A stretch of 49,711 nt of DNA from the NCBI GenBank assembly GCA_039811685.1, contig JBDHZC010000011.1, forward strand, positions 1-49,711. The letters are read 5' to 3'. The notes under the pieces are model-generated. The model was not told the origin of the DNA and made no database searches. It worked only from the letters and a program-made list of their open reading frames with translations. The position numbers were made by a program, and so were the translations under genes. Below, one piece after another: positions 40,353 through 49,494 of the stretch (position 1 is its first letter; every line of letters begins with the position of its first letter). This DNA is from Armatimonadota bacterium. GTDB lineage: Bacteria > Armatimonadota > UBA5829 > DSUL01.

Positions 40353-42190
40353 AGTGTTCCTCCGCTCGCCGCTACACCAGTCGTGAGGTGCTCTTGCGGC
40401 ACAGAGTCCGCTGCCACAATGCAGCGCACACCGCGCCTGCGGCACGTCTCTTCGACAGTCGCCTGCGCTTCAACCGCCGTAACTAGCACTGCGCCCGCTT
40501 CCACTTCGCAGAGCACTGACTCCAGCGTCTCCACCGTACCAAGCAGCGGGACGCCGTCCACGCGTGCGCTGCTGAGCGCTGAAGAGGTGACGATGCCGGC
40601 TGGAGCGGTTTTCCGTCCATAGCGCTGCTGCAAGTCTTTCAGAAGGCCGTCCACATTTGCCTCCGGACCAAGCGCATCCGCCGAGGCTACAAGCAGCCAG
40701 CGGTTCTGAAGAGCTGTTCCCGTGCGCCCAACCAGCGTCAAGCCCCTGTAGAGTCCCCGCGCAACGACCAGGAGCGCCATCAGAATCCCCGCATCAAGAA
40801 TTCCGATGCGAACAGACATGATAGCCCCGTGTCCTGCGACAACCAGCACCGCGAATACAGTCATCCCTGCCAGAGCAGTCCCGAAGGCAAATCGCGCGAC
40901 GTCGTGCATGGACAGATGATGCCATACGCCCTTGTAAACACCCGCAATGCCCAGACCGGCGGCCGCGCCGATGACTGCCCAGGGAGCCAGAGCCAGCAGC
41001 GTCTGAGAGTTTGCCAGCGAAGCGCCTCCGATGAGGCTTGCAAGCAGATACGCGGCAAAAGCCAGAAGCGTGTCCATCAACGCAGTCCCGGTATGACGCT
41101 TGTAAAGTCTCTGCGCCGCCAGTACGGCGCCTGGACGCGAGGTGAAGGCCAGGAGAGCCTCAGAGACCGGGTACACCTCCACCTGCGCCAGAAAGCGCCC
41201 GAAGACGAGCAGCGACGCTCCGGCCAACGACCCCACAATCGCCAGATAGGGCGCCTGGTAGCGCATGGCGGCAAGTCCAAAAACACCCACGACGAGACTT
41301 GTGCCACAGAGCAGCATCACAGCCTGCGGCTCGCTCAGCCCCAGCTTCACCAGTCTGTGTGACGTGTGATCGCAGCCCCCCTGAGAGATTGATCGCCCGT
41401 TGATCTTACGCATCACTGTAACAAAAACGGTGTCAAAAATCGGGATCGCAAGCGCAATGCTCGGGAATAAGACGGCGCCGGCCAGGCCGGTAGTTGCCGA
41501 GTCAGAGGTCTGCACAGCCAGCACTGCCAGAACCAGCCCCAGAAACATGCTGCCGCAGTCCCCCATAAACACGCGCGCAGGGTGAAAATTGAAGATCAGA
41601 AACGCAAGACATGCGCCGGCAATGCTGCCCGAGGCGATGGCGGCAGGGGCGTTGTGAGCGAAGAAGGCCCCGGCGCCCAGCACCAGGGCGGACACCAGGC
41701 TCACACCCGCGGCCAGTCCGTCCATGTTGTCCAGCAAATTCATCGCGTTTGTGATCCCCACGATGAACAACAGCGTGAGGGGAAGAGTCAGATACGGGCT
41801 TCCCCCCAGCCCGAAGTGAATGTTGCTGGCCAGAATGACGCAGCCAGCCACCACCTGAGCCAGGAGCTTGTACTGCGGGCGCATGTGTACAACATCGTCC
41901 GCCAGACCCACGGCAAAAATAATCAATGCCGCCGCGCCAAGCCCGTGCAGGGGACGCAGGTCCGGGGCTGTGAACGCAGTCGCAACGCAGGCGGCTATGA
42001 AGATACCAATGCCACCCATCAACGCCGTGGGCCGGCTGCTCCATCGGTCTGCGCGCGGTTTGGCCACAAAACCGATGCGCCGCGCCAGCGCGATGACAAC
42101 AGGGACCGCAACTACCCCCAGCGCAAACGCGATCCCAAAGGCCAACAGCATCTGGCGGCTGAGAGTGTCTCCGGTTGTGCCTCCGGTCAT
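40349..42190 (-). CDS. MraY/WecA-like polyprenyl-phosphate HexNAc-1-P transferase with C-terminal CapD/PglF-N-like extension
   Basis: GLADD, NAMNLLDNMDGL, FNFHPARVFMGDCGS, DHTSHRL; C-terminal GVYKGVW plus Rossmann-like segment. Confidence 0.88.
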   Translation of the reverse strand: MTGGTTGDTLSRQMLLAFGIAFALGVVAVPVVIALARRIGFVAKPRADRWSSRPTALMGGIGIFIAACVATAFTAPDLRPLHGLGAAALIIFAVGLADDVVHMRPQYKLLAQVVAGCVILASNIHFGLGGSPYLTLPLTLLFIVGITNAMNLLDNMDGLAAGVSLVSALVLGAGAFFAHNAPAAIASGSIAGACLAFLIFNFHPARVFMGDCGSMFLGLVLAVLAVQTSDSATTGLAGAVLFPSIALAIPIFDTVFVTVMRKINGRSISQGGCDHTSHRLVKLGLSEPQAVMLLCGTSLVVGVFGLAAMRYQAPYLAIVGSLAGASLLVFGRFLAQVEVYPVSEALLAFTSRPGAVLAAQRLYKRHTGTALMDTLLAFAAYLLASLIGGASLANSQTLLALAPWAVIGAAAGLGIAGVYKGVWHHLSMHDVARFAFGTALAGMTVFAVLVVAGHGAIMSVRIGILDAGILMALLVVARGLYRGLTLVGRTGTALQNRWLLVASADALGPEANVDGLLKDLQQRYGRKTAPAGIVTSSALSSARVDGVPLLGTVETLESVLCEVEAGAVLVTAVEAQATVEETCRRRGVRCIVAADSVPQEHLTTGVAASGGTL

Positions 42191-43134
42191 ACGCCTGCCG
42201 CCTTCCGGCTCTGCTGATACCAGGCCACCGTGCGCCGCAGCCCTTCAGAAAACTCGACAGACGGCTTGAAGCCCAGGATATCACGCGCTTTGGCGATGTC
42301 GGCGACTGAGTGCTTGATGTCGCCCTCCCGGACTGGCTCGCGGATCGGTTCTTCGTCCAGCCCGATCAGATGCTTCAGGATGAGATAGAGCTCATTGAGG
42401 GTGAACTGATGCCCGCATGCGGCGTTGATGACTTCGCCAAAGTTGCCGTCCATCTCCAGAGCCAGCATGTTCGCCTGCACAATATCCGCAATGTAGATGA
42501 AGTCTCTGGACTGCTCTCCATCCCCGAAGATGACCGGCGCTTTGCCATCCAGCATCCGCGCGATAAACTTCGGAATCACCGCCGCATACTCGGAATCCGG
42601 GTTCTGACGCGGTCCAAACACGTTGAAGTAGCGCAGACTCACCGTTTCCAGCCCGTAAAGCTGATAAAACACTTTGCAGTAGTACTCGCCTGTCAATTTG
42701 GCGACTGCGTAAGGGCTGAGCGGCTTTGGCGCCTGCGTTTCGCGCTTGGGAAGCTGGGGATCGTCTCCGTACGCCGCCGCTGAGGCTGCAAACACGAAGC
42801 GTCTGATGCGCGCCTCAACGGAGGCTTGCAGCATATTCAGGGTCCCGTCAACGTTGATCCTGTTTGCCCCGACAGGATCGTCAATAGAGCCTTGCACTGA
42901 AGCAAGGGCCGCGTGGTGAAGCACCGCCTCTACTCCGCGCACAGCCTCCCGAGCCTGATCCGGCTGTGACACATCAAGCGTTCGCAGGTCGATGCGCTCC
43001 AGCACGTTGCGCAGATTCTCAGTCTTTCCAGTAGAGAGGTTGTCGGCGACAACGACATCGTGGCCCCGCGCCACCAGTTCCTCTACCAGATGAGACCCGA
43101 TAAAGCCGGCGCCGCCTGTTACGAGAACGCGCAT
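42187..43134 (-). CDS. UDP-glucose/GlcNAc 4-epimerase-like SDR
   Basis: VTGGAGFIG, SPYAVAK, RYFNVFGPRQ. Confidence 0.92.
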   Translation of the reverse strand: MRVLVTGGAGFIGSHLVEELVARGHDVVVADNLSTGKTENLRNVLERIDLRTLDVSQPDQAREAVRGVEAVLHHAALASVQGSIDDPVGANRINVDGTLNMLQASVEARIRRFVFAASAAAYGDDPQLPKRETQAPKPLSPYAVAKLTGEYYCKVFYQLYGLETVSLRYFNVFGPRQNPDSEYAAVIPKFIARMLDGKAPVIFGDGEQSRDFIYIADIVQANMLALEMDGNFGEVINAACGHQFTLNELYLILKHLIGLDEEPIREPVREGDIKHSVADIAKARDILGFKPSVEFSEGLRRTVAWYQQSRKAAGV

Positions 43135-43246
43135 GTCTCTTCCCGGGACTCTGTCTTTTCTCTCATCTCAAATCTCAAAATCGCTCCAACGTGGGCGCGG
43201 TGTGGCCCGTCTCGCTACAGAGCTTTTTACCACTGTACTCCCAGGC

Positions 43247-44425
43247 TCACTGACCGGGCTCTGGCTTTTCCGGGATCATCAGCAGATTGATGGCCAGCCC
43301 TACGGCCAGCCCAAGCACGACGGAGATAGCCAGATTCAGACCCGGCTTCGGGCGTATCGGGACGCGCGGCGGGAGGGCCAGGTCAATTATCTGATACGCG
43401 CCCAGGTCGCCCTGCTCAGCGATTTTCGCCAGTTCATTCTGCTGCGCAACTGTCTCGAAGCTCTTCTCCGTCACGCTGATTTCGCGCTCCAGCCTGGCCT
43501 GCTCCAAAGCAGTCTCGGGAATGGCGCCCATGTGAGATCGTACGTCTGCGATAGCTTTTTCAATCTCCAACTGCTGAGCCTGCAGCGACTGCTCTTTGGC
43601 TTTCAGATTGGCCAGCTCATCCAGATCGCCCGTATTTTTCAGGTCGCTGACAACGCCTTCAAGCTGCGTTCTTACGTTTGTCAACTGCGTCTGCAGATTG
43701 GACAGGTTGCTCACGGCGGCGGCAGTCTGCTGGGGCAGATCCACGACATCGCGGCTCTGATTCAGCCGCTTCAGCTTCTCCTGCAGGGCGTCCAGCTTTG
43801 ACCTCAGATTGGCGATCTGCGTGTCAGTGTAAACCCGTTTCTTTGTATTGGCGGTTTCCACAGATTCTTTGAAGAGACTGAGATAGCTGTTTGCGATTTT
43901 GGCAGCTAGATCAGCGGAAGAGGAGTCAACTGTCAGCGTGAGCACTCCGGATTTGTTGTCCATCACCTTGGCGCTGCCTTTGAGCGCCAGTCCCGCTCTC
44001 TCAATGTCCAGTTTGCCGGTGGGATTGAAGCGCTTGTCGGAGAGCAGATTCAGCTCACGCACAACCTGCTGCGCAAAGGTGTGGCTGGACAGGATGGCGC
44101 TGGCATAGCTGGCGGAGCTGTTGTCGCGCCCCAGCCCCAGCGACCCGAGTACATCCCCCACACCCCCGGAAGGCGCAGAAGTTCCGCTGGTGACCAGCAG
44201 AGTTGCCTGAGCTTCGTAGGTGGTGGGAGTATGCGCCGTGATGTAAGCGCCCACGCCAACGCACACGCCAATGCTTACAATAAGCACGACTACGCTGCGT
44301 ATGAGCGCCAGCGGTGGTGCGGTAGTTCTGGCTGTGGAGGAGTTCTGCACTGTTTCGAGCATAGAGCGAAAGAACGTAGCGCCGGGCTCAAAACAAACGC
44401 CGGCAGCCGCTGTGTCCAGAGTCAC
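43247..44425 (-). CDS. Wzz/GumC-type polysaccharide chain-length protein
   Basis: TM-YEAQATL, coiled coil, IIDLALPP..P..P, C-terminal TM; start may be 44362. Confidence 0.85.
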   Translation of the reverse strand: MTLDTAAAGVCFEPGATFFRSMLETVQNSSTARTTAPPLALIRSVVVLIVSIGVCVGVGAYITAHTPTTYEAQATLLVTSGTSAPSGGVGDVLGSLGLGRDNSSASYASAILSSHTFAQQVVRELNLLSDKRFNPTGKLDIERAGLALKGSAKVMDNKSGVLTLTVDSSSADLAAKIANSYLSLFKESVETANTKKRVYTDTQIANLRSKLDALQEKLKRLNQSRDVVDLPQQTAAAVSNLSNLQTQLTNVRTQLEGVVSDLKNTGDLDELANLKAKEQSLQAQQLEIEKAIADVRSHMGAIPETALEQARLEREISVTEKSFETVAQQNELAKIAEQGDLGAYQIIDLALPPRVPIRPKPGLNLAISVVLGLAVGLAINLLMIPEKPEPGQ

Positions 44426-44495
44426 GACACGGGCGAGTCGCCGTCATTTTAGACGCCTGTGACGAGGCTGTCAAATAAGGAGGCAATCACGTGCC

Positions 44496-44703
44496 TTTTA
44501 CCCCTCCAGGTTTCCGAATCTGGAGGCATTCAAGCGTTTGCACCCATCCAGACAGCAGTTCCGGCAGCGCAAACTGCTCAAGGGGCTATGACACCACGTC
44601 CGGTTATTGTGCGGGGTGTCCGGAGTGCTGGCGGAAATTTCGGTGTCCAGTCACGCGACACGCTGCGCAGGCTTGCCATTCCCGCGGCATCTGGAAGCGA
44701 AAA
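44496..44703. repeat. Composite repeat element (A hairpin ... C right arm plus degenerate inverted A)
   Basis: TTTTACCCCTCCAGGTTTCCGAATCTGGAGG (44496-44526); GCCATTCCCGCGGCATCTGGAAGCGAAA (44675-44703). Confidence 0.75.
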
Positions 44704-44706
44704 ATC

Positions 44707-44735
44707 TTGACGGCGGAGATAGCCTGTGCTAGGAT
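44707..44735 (+). promoter_or_regulatory. Putative sigma70 promoter for the CsgG-like gene
   Basis: TTGACG-N17-TAGGAT with TG extension. Confidence 0.55.
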
Positions 44736-44858
44736 GCCGGGATAATTCCAACAGATAGTGGAACATGGATTTATAGGCTTCTTCGGCGGCGCAAGGAGTG
44801 CTGAAATACAAAAAAGCCAGGCGTCTTGCCGAACCTTTGTTACAAACGGATTTGATTT

Positions 44859-45878
44859 ATGACACGTAGTCTGTGCACCAGCAAGTTAGTTTTGTTCCTC
44901 GGTCTTATCGTCGCGCTGACGGTTTCGCCATTAGCAGCGAAAGACGACAGCGAAAAAGACGTAAAACCGGCGCCAAAGCCAGTCTATACCGGACCAAAAA
45001 AGAGAATCGCCGTGATGCCGATGACCGCAGAAGGCAAGACAGGCGATCTGTTTGGGCAGTGGGCGAACATTTACAAGTCTCAAAACAGAGTCTATACATC
45101 CGAGGATGTCGGGAACAGGTTAACGGAAATGCTTACGACAGCCCTGTTCGACACCGGCCGTTTTGTCATTTTGGAGCGTCAGAACATCGGCGATATACGT
45201 GACGAGATAGCAATTGGCGCAGAGCTTGGCAATGAAAAGACCGCCGTTAAGAAGGGTAGCGTTCTGGGCGCTCAGATCCTGGTGCGCGCAGCCGTTACCG
45301 AGTTCGAGAATACATCGAGCGGTCAAGGCGGGGGACTTAGTATCAAAGGCTTCAAGATCGGCGGCGGCAAAGGCAAAGCCAAGGTCGTTATAGATGTGCG
45401 CATGTACGACGCCGGTAGTTCGCGAGTATTGTACAACGCTTCGGCCGACGGGGATTCTTCCAGTCAGGGGGGATCGATCGCGTTGAACATTGGGAGCTTC
45501 GGAGTTGGGGCTGGGGCCGAAAAGAACGAGCCGATAGAGCGCGCTACGCGCAACGCCATCGAAAAGGCAGTGATGTTCATTGTCGCGAAAATGGACGCTG
45601 TACCCTGGGAAGGCCGCATTGCCACAGTCAAGGAGGACGGTACCATCTATCTCAACCGTGGCTCCGATGACGGTTTGAAGGTGGGTGACAGGTTGATTGT
45701 CTACAAAGCAGGCGAGCCCATTACGGACCCTGAGACCGACGAAATCATTGGTCGTGAAGAGGATGTTCGAATCGGCGCGACGTCCGTTTCCTGGGTTGAC
45801 AAACGCCTGTCTCGGATCAAGCCAATAGCGGGCAACAAGATCGAGAAGAACTACGTCGTGAAACTGGCTTCCGAGTAG
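44859..45878 (+). CDS. CsgG/HfaB family protein with FlgT-C-like domain
   Basis: KKRIAV, MLTTALFDTGRFVILER, AVTEF, IYLNRGSDDGLKVGD. Confidence 0.85.
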   Translation: MTRSLCTSKLVLFLGLIVALTVSPLAAKDDSEKDVKPAPKPVYTGPKKRIAVMPMTAEGKTGDLFGQWANIYKSQNRVYTSEDVGNRLTEMLTTALFDTGRFVILERQNIGDIRDEIAIGAELGNEKTAVKKGSVLGAQILVRAAVTEFENTSSGQGGGLSIKGFKIGGGKGKAKVVIDVRMYDAGSSRVLYNASADGDSSSQGGSIALNIGSFGVGAGAEKNEPIERATRNAIEKAVMFIVAKMDAVPWEGRIATVKEDGTIYLNRGSDDGLKVGDRLIVYKAGEPITDPETDEIIGREEDVRIGATSVSWVDKRLSRIKPIAGNKIEKNYVVKLASE

Positions 45879-45976
45879 CGGTTTTGTGGCGTGGGAATGA
45901 CAGATTTCTCACGCGTTTAGTCCTCCGCCTACTCTGATTGCCGCAGCCTGTCCGGTGGCTGCGGCAAGTGCCCGGC

Positions 45977-46078
45977 TTTCATTCCTCCAGCTCGTAAAGG
46001 CGCGCGACTTGATGCTGCGGGAATGGCACACTCCTCATGCCCCTCGTCCTCCACTGACCTCAATTCCCGCAGCATCTG
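45977..46078. repeat. Half A motif plus intact family C palindrome (unoccupied IS110 target)
   Basis: TTTCATTCCTCCAG at 45977; perfect 14-bp stem GATGCTGCGGGAAT (46011-46024) / ATTCCCGCAGCATC (46063-46076). Confidence 0.9.
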
Positions 46079-46087
46079 AAATCCGTG

Positions 46088-46510
46088 CTATCGGGGCACC
46101 GCCTGGTACACCAGTACTGCCATGACTACGTGTAAGAGCAGATAGCCTCCGACGACCCACAACCACGCGCCTGACGGGCGCAGATCACCCACTTTGAGCT
46201 TCGGATCCAGTGCGCGCATGAGCGCAAAGAGAAGAATGTAGCCGTACAAGCGCAGGAACCACGCCATGAAGACGGCTCCAATAACTGCCTTGTATACGAT
46301 GACGTGTATGGGCGATGACCAGCTATGTTTGATGAAAGCAATTGGCTTGTTCATGACGCCGGCGCTGCACGCTAACAGGAAAACAAGACAAACAGCTCCA
46401 CTGAGCAAGCCTTCGAAACGATACGGGAAGTCGCGCTGGTGAACAAGTGCCACCATACCGGCAAGAACCAGGATCGCAAAGACAAGTAGAGCGGCAGTAG
46501 AGTACGACAT
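46088..46510 (-). CDS. Small 4-TM hypothetical membrane protein
   Basis: ATG 46510 (MSYSTAALL) after AGGGG; four hydrophobic segments; lies between repeats. Confidence 0.7.
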   Translation of the reverse strand: MSYSTAALLVFAILVLAGMVALVHQRDFPYRFEGLLSGAVCLVFLLACSAGVMNKPIAFIKHSWSSPIHVIVYKAVIGAVFMAWFLRLYGYILLFALMRALDPKLKVGDLRPSGAWLWVVGGYLLLHVVMAVLVYQAVPR

Positions 46511-46631
46511 TGCTAGCCCCTGACGCCATATCCGTGATGGCACTCCTGGTTGCAGACACCTCGACACAATTCATCCCAGCGGCGGGCCGCTGGGCCGCAG
46601 TACATGCGAAAAGCCGTAATCTGCGCTAGAC

Positions 46632-46856
46632 TTCCATCCCTCCAGGTTTCCCCAACCTGGAGGCCAAACGCCGTACTCATAGTCTCACCTACCGCTGAGT
46701 GCGTCAAGGCTGAGGCTTTGGTCCTGCGGGCTTCTTGATGCTGCGGGAATGCCGCACTCCTCATGTCTCCTGGAACCTCAGGCTCGAAAACGGCCGAACC
46801 TCCTCGCCCGCGTTTTAGATCCCGCCAGGTTTCCCAACCTGGAGGCATCGAAATGC
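46632..46856. repeat. A hairpin - C left arm - A hairpin cluster
   Basis: A at 46632-46663 and 46819-46845; GATGCTGCGGGAATGCCGCACTCCTCATG from 46737. Confidence 0.85.
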
Positions 46857-46862
46857 TTCCTC

Positions 46863-47945
46863 TCATTTGCGCGTCAGCGCCTCCATCAGCCGTGGGTTAA
46901 AGAACAGGCGCTCGCGCCCCACCTTCGTGCCTGCGAGAATGCCGATGCGCTCGAGTTCGCGCAGGTATTCGGATGCCGTGTTCCTGCGGGCAATGCCCGC
47001 GGCCTCCACCAGCCCAATGCGGGTGTAGGGTTGCGAGAACACCATATCCAACAGCTCCCGGCTGTACCCCTTCCGCATTCCGGACCTGGCCATTTCGGCG
47101 GCCTCATCTATGGCTCTGCGAACGGAGCGCAGCATGGCCCTTGTCATAACGGCGGTTTCCTCAATCGCCCGGAGCATGTACAGAATCCATTCCTCCCACG
47201 CATCCGCCTCCGTCACCGCCCGCAGGCGCTCATAATACTCGGACTTGCTGGGGACGATGTACCAGCTCAGGTACAGCACAGGCATCTCCAGCATTCCGCT
47301 CTGCAGCAAATAGAGGATGTTCAACACACGCCCCGTGCGCCCGTTGCCATCGGGAAACGGATGGATGGCCTCGAACTGGCGATGTCCGGCAGCCATCTTG
47401 ATGAGAGGATCAATGCCGTCGCCAGCCGCGAGCCATCCGCACATGACGTTCAGCATGTCGAGGATCCGATCACGCCCAATGGGCGGCGTGTACACCACCT
47501 CGCCCGTCCTGTCGTTGACGATCCGGCATCCCTCGCCGGAACGGACGTCCGTGTCTGCTCCCTTTATGCGACGGGCGAGATCAATGAGCAGCGACGGGCG
47601 GATGGGGCGTCCCTCGCGCAGATCCCGGTACCCCGCCCACAGCGCCTCGCCGTAACGCAACACCTCACGGGTGCGCGGGTCGGCCGCCTCGGGGCGCTGA
47701 TCAAATGCCCGGTAGAGGGCATCGTTGGTGGTAACGACATTCTCGATCTCCGAAGACGCGCGCGCCTCCTGCAGCAGGATGGCGCGAAGCAGCACCGCCT
47801 GGTTCGGGACGAGATCGCCGCCCGCATTCAACTCGGCCAACACCCGGTTTGCGGGTATGGCCGCCTTCAGTGTTCGGGCGGTCTCCAGCCTGTCCGCCGC
47901 GGGAATCGGAGGCAGATAGTTGTAGGGCCGGTTACGGTCGAACAT
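46863..47945 (-). CDS. Fic/DOC family adenylyltransferase with C-terminal HTH
   Basis: HPFPDGNGRTGR catalytic motif; SSEIEN inhibitory motif; GAGG RBS before ATG 47945. Confidence 0.93.
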   Translation of the reverse strand: MFDRNRPYNYLPPIPAADRLETARTLKAAIPANRVLAELNAGGDLVPNQAVLLRAILLQEARASSEIENVVTTNDALYRAFDQRPEAADPRTREVLRYGEALWAGYRDLREGRPIRPSLLIDLARRIKGADTDVRSGEGCRIVNDRTGEVVYTPPIGRDRILDMLNVMCGWLAAGDGIDPLIKMAAGHRQFEAIHPFPDGNGRTGRVLNILYLLQSGMLEMPVLYLSWYIVPSKSEYYERLRAVTEADAWEEWILYMLRAIEETAVMTRAMLRSVRRAIDEAAEMARSGMRKGYSRELLDMVFSQPYTRIGLVEAAGIARRNTASEYLRELERIGILAGTKVGRERLFFNPRLMEALTRK

Positions 47946-48148
47946 GCACGCACCTCGTGGGTTTTGCCCCATTATACACGCGCAGAGCCCAAGACGCGTG
48001 CATATTATGGCCATCCGCACGCGCTGCGTGCATTTTTTTCATCCCTCCAGGTTTCCCAACCTAGAGGTTCTGTATGCTGCGGGAATATCGGTTTCCAGTC
48101 ATCCATCACGCTGGTGGGCCTCGTCATTCCCTATATGTCATTATGTTT

Positions 48149-48298
48149 TGGCGGCTTCTGCATTCAGGACCGGTCATTCCCAGAGGCTTTTGACCACCCG
48201 CTGCGGTCTGTCCGTTTGCAGATGAGTGTGAGTACCGATGGAGAGTTGTGCTTCGAGCACCGATATAGGGACGCATCACGCCTCGAGAGCAGCCGCCA
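48149..48298 (+). ncRNA. IS110 bridge RNA (target-binding and donor-binding loops)
   Basis: Closing stem TGGCGGCT/AGCCGCCA; LTG 48173-48181, RTG 48200-48206, LDG ~48240-48247, RDG 48263-48269. Confidence 0.88.
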
Positions 48299-48312
48299 GG
48301 AAAGGGAAGACG

Positions 48313-49494
48313 ATGAACTTCGTTGGGATTGATTGGGCAGACCAGACCCACCGTTTGTGCATACTGGGTGATGAAGGGCAGCGCCTGGAGAGTTTCGAGA
48401 TCGCTCATGGCCGTAAGGGCTTTGAAGCCGCCCACAGCAGGATCGCCAGGCACGGCACACCTGATGCCACAAGGATCGCCATCGAGACCAAGGACTCGCT
48501 GCTGGTGGACTTTCTTGTTGAGCTTGGCTACGCGCTGTATTTCGTGAACCCCAAACAGACGGATCGCTTTCGCGACCGCCACAGGATGAGCCGCTCCAAG
48601 TCTGACGCCTTCGACGCTTTCGTCCTGGCTGACGCGGTCAGGACGGATCATCAGTTGTTCAATGCGCTGTCGCCGCTAGACGAGACGAGCCTGCAACTCA
48701 GGGTCCTCACACGTTCGAGGGAGGGGCTTGTTGGCAGGAAAGTTGCGGTGCACAACGAGATCACCTCACATCTGAAACGCTACTTTCCGGTGGCGAGTGG
48801 GCTGTTCGGCGGACTAGACAACGCCGCGGCCATCGCTTTCCTGCTACAGTATCCGACCTTGGAGCAGGCAAAGACAGTATCGCAGGCCAGGATCACTGCC
48901 CTCCTGATCAAGGAAGCCAGGGTCACACCGGCCATTGCCGTCAGGCACGCCACCAGGGCACGCGCGCTTCTCTCGGAGCCCCAGGCTGCAGCCAGCTCAT
49001 CTGTTACCCGAGCCTATCCGGTAGCGGTACAGTCACTGCTACGTCAGTTGAAAAGCATTCTGGCTGAACTGGAAGCGCTGGACCGGGAGATCGCCTCGAT
49101 CTACGACCACCATCCGAACAAAGAGCTCCTTCAATCTTTGCCCGGGGTGGCCGAGACGCTGGGCCCCGTGCTCGCAGCTGAGCTGGGGACAGACGTTACC
49201 CGCTTTGTCAATCTGAGAGGCCTGAAGGCTTTTGCCGGAACCAGCCCTGTCACCGTGCAAAGCGGCAAGCATCGCAGCGTCCACATCCGGCGCGCGTGCA
49301 ACCAGCACCTCAGACAAGCGTTACACATGGCCAGCCTTGTAGCTGTGAGAATAGCCCCCTGGGCGAGAGAACTTTTCGACCGGCTGCGCAACGAGGGCAA
49401 GACCTACGGCCGCGCCCTGAGAGCTGTAGGCGAGCAACTCCTGGAAATACTCTATGTCCTTCTCACGCGCCGGACACGCTATGACGAGGGCTAG
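48313..49494 (+). CDS. IS110 family recombinase (DEDD RuvC-like plus Transposase_20)
   Basis: FVGIDWA, IAIE, KSDAFDA, LQSLPGV, FAGTSPVTVQSGK; AAGGGAAG RBS. Confidence 0.96.
   Translation: MNFVGIDWADQTHRLCILGDEGQRLESFEIAHGRKGFEAAHSRIARHGTPDATRIAIETKDSLLVDFLVELGYALYFVNPKQTDRFRDRHRMSRSKSDAFDAFVLADAVRTDHQLFNALSPLDETSLQLRVLTRSREGLVGRKVAVHNEITSHLKRYFPVASGLFGGLDNAAAIAFLLQYPTLEQAKTVSQARITALLIKEARVTPAIAVRHATRARALLSEPQAAASSSVTRAYPVAVQSLLRQLKSILAELEALDREIASIYDHHPNKELLQSLPGVAETLGPVLAAELGTDVTRFVNLRGLKAFAGTSPVTVQSGKHRSVHIRRACNQHLRQALHMASLVAVRIAPWARELFDRLRNEGKTYGRALRAVGEQLLEILYVLLTRRTRYDEG

Noticed and set aside
45938..45967. Intrinsic terminator after the CsgG-like gene
   Set aside because: The 11-bp stem is real but has no adjacent T-tract, so its function is unassigned.
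46011..46076. Canonical integron attC sites
   Set aside because: No RYYYAAC...GTTRRRY ends and no intI in the window.
48238..48312. Longer IS110 recombinase start at 48238
   Set aside because: It lies inside the donor-binding loop; ATG 48313 has an RBS and the usual distance to the GID motif.
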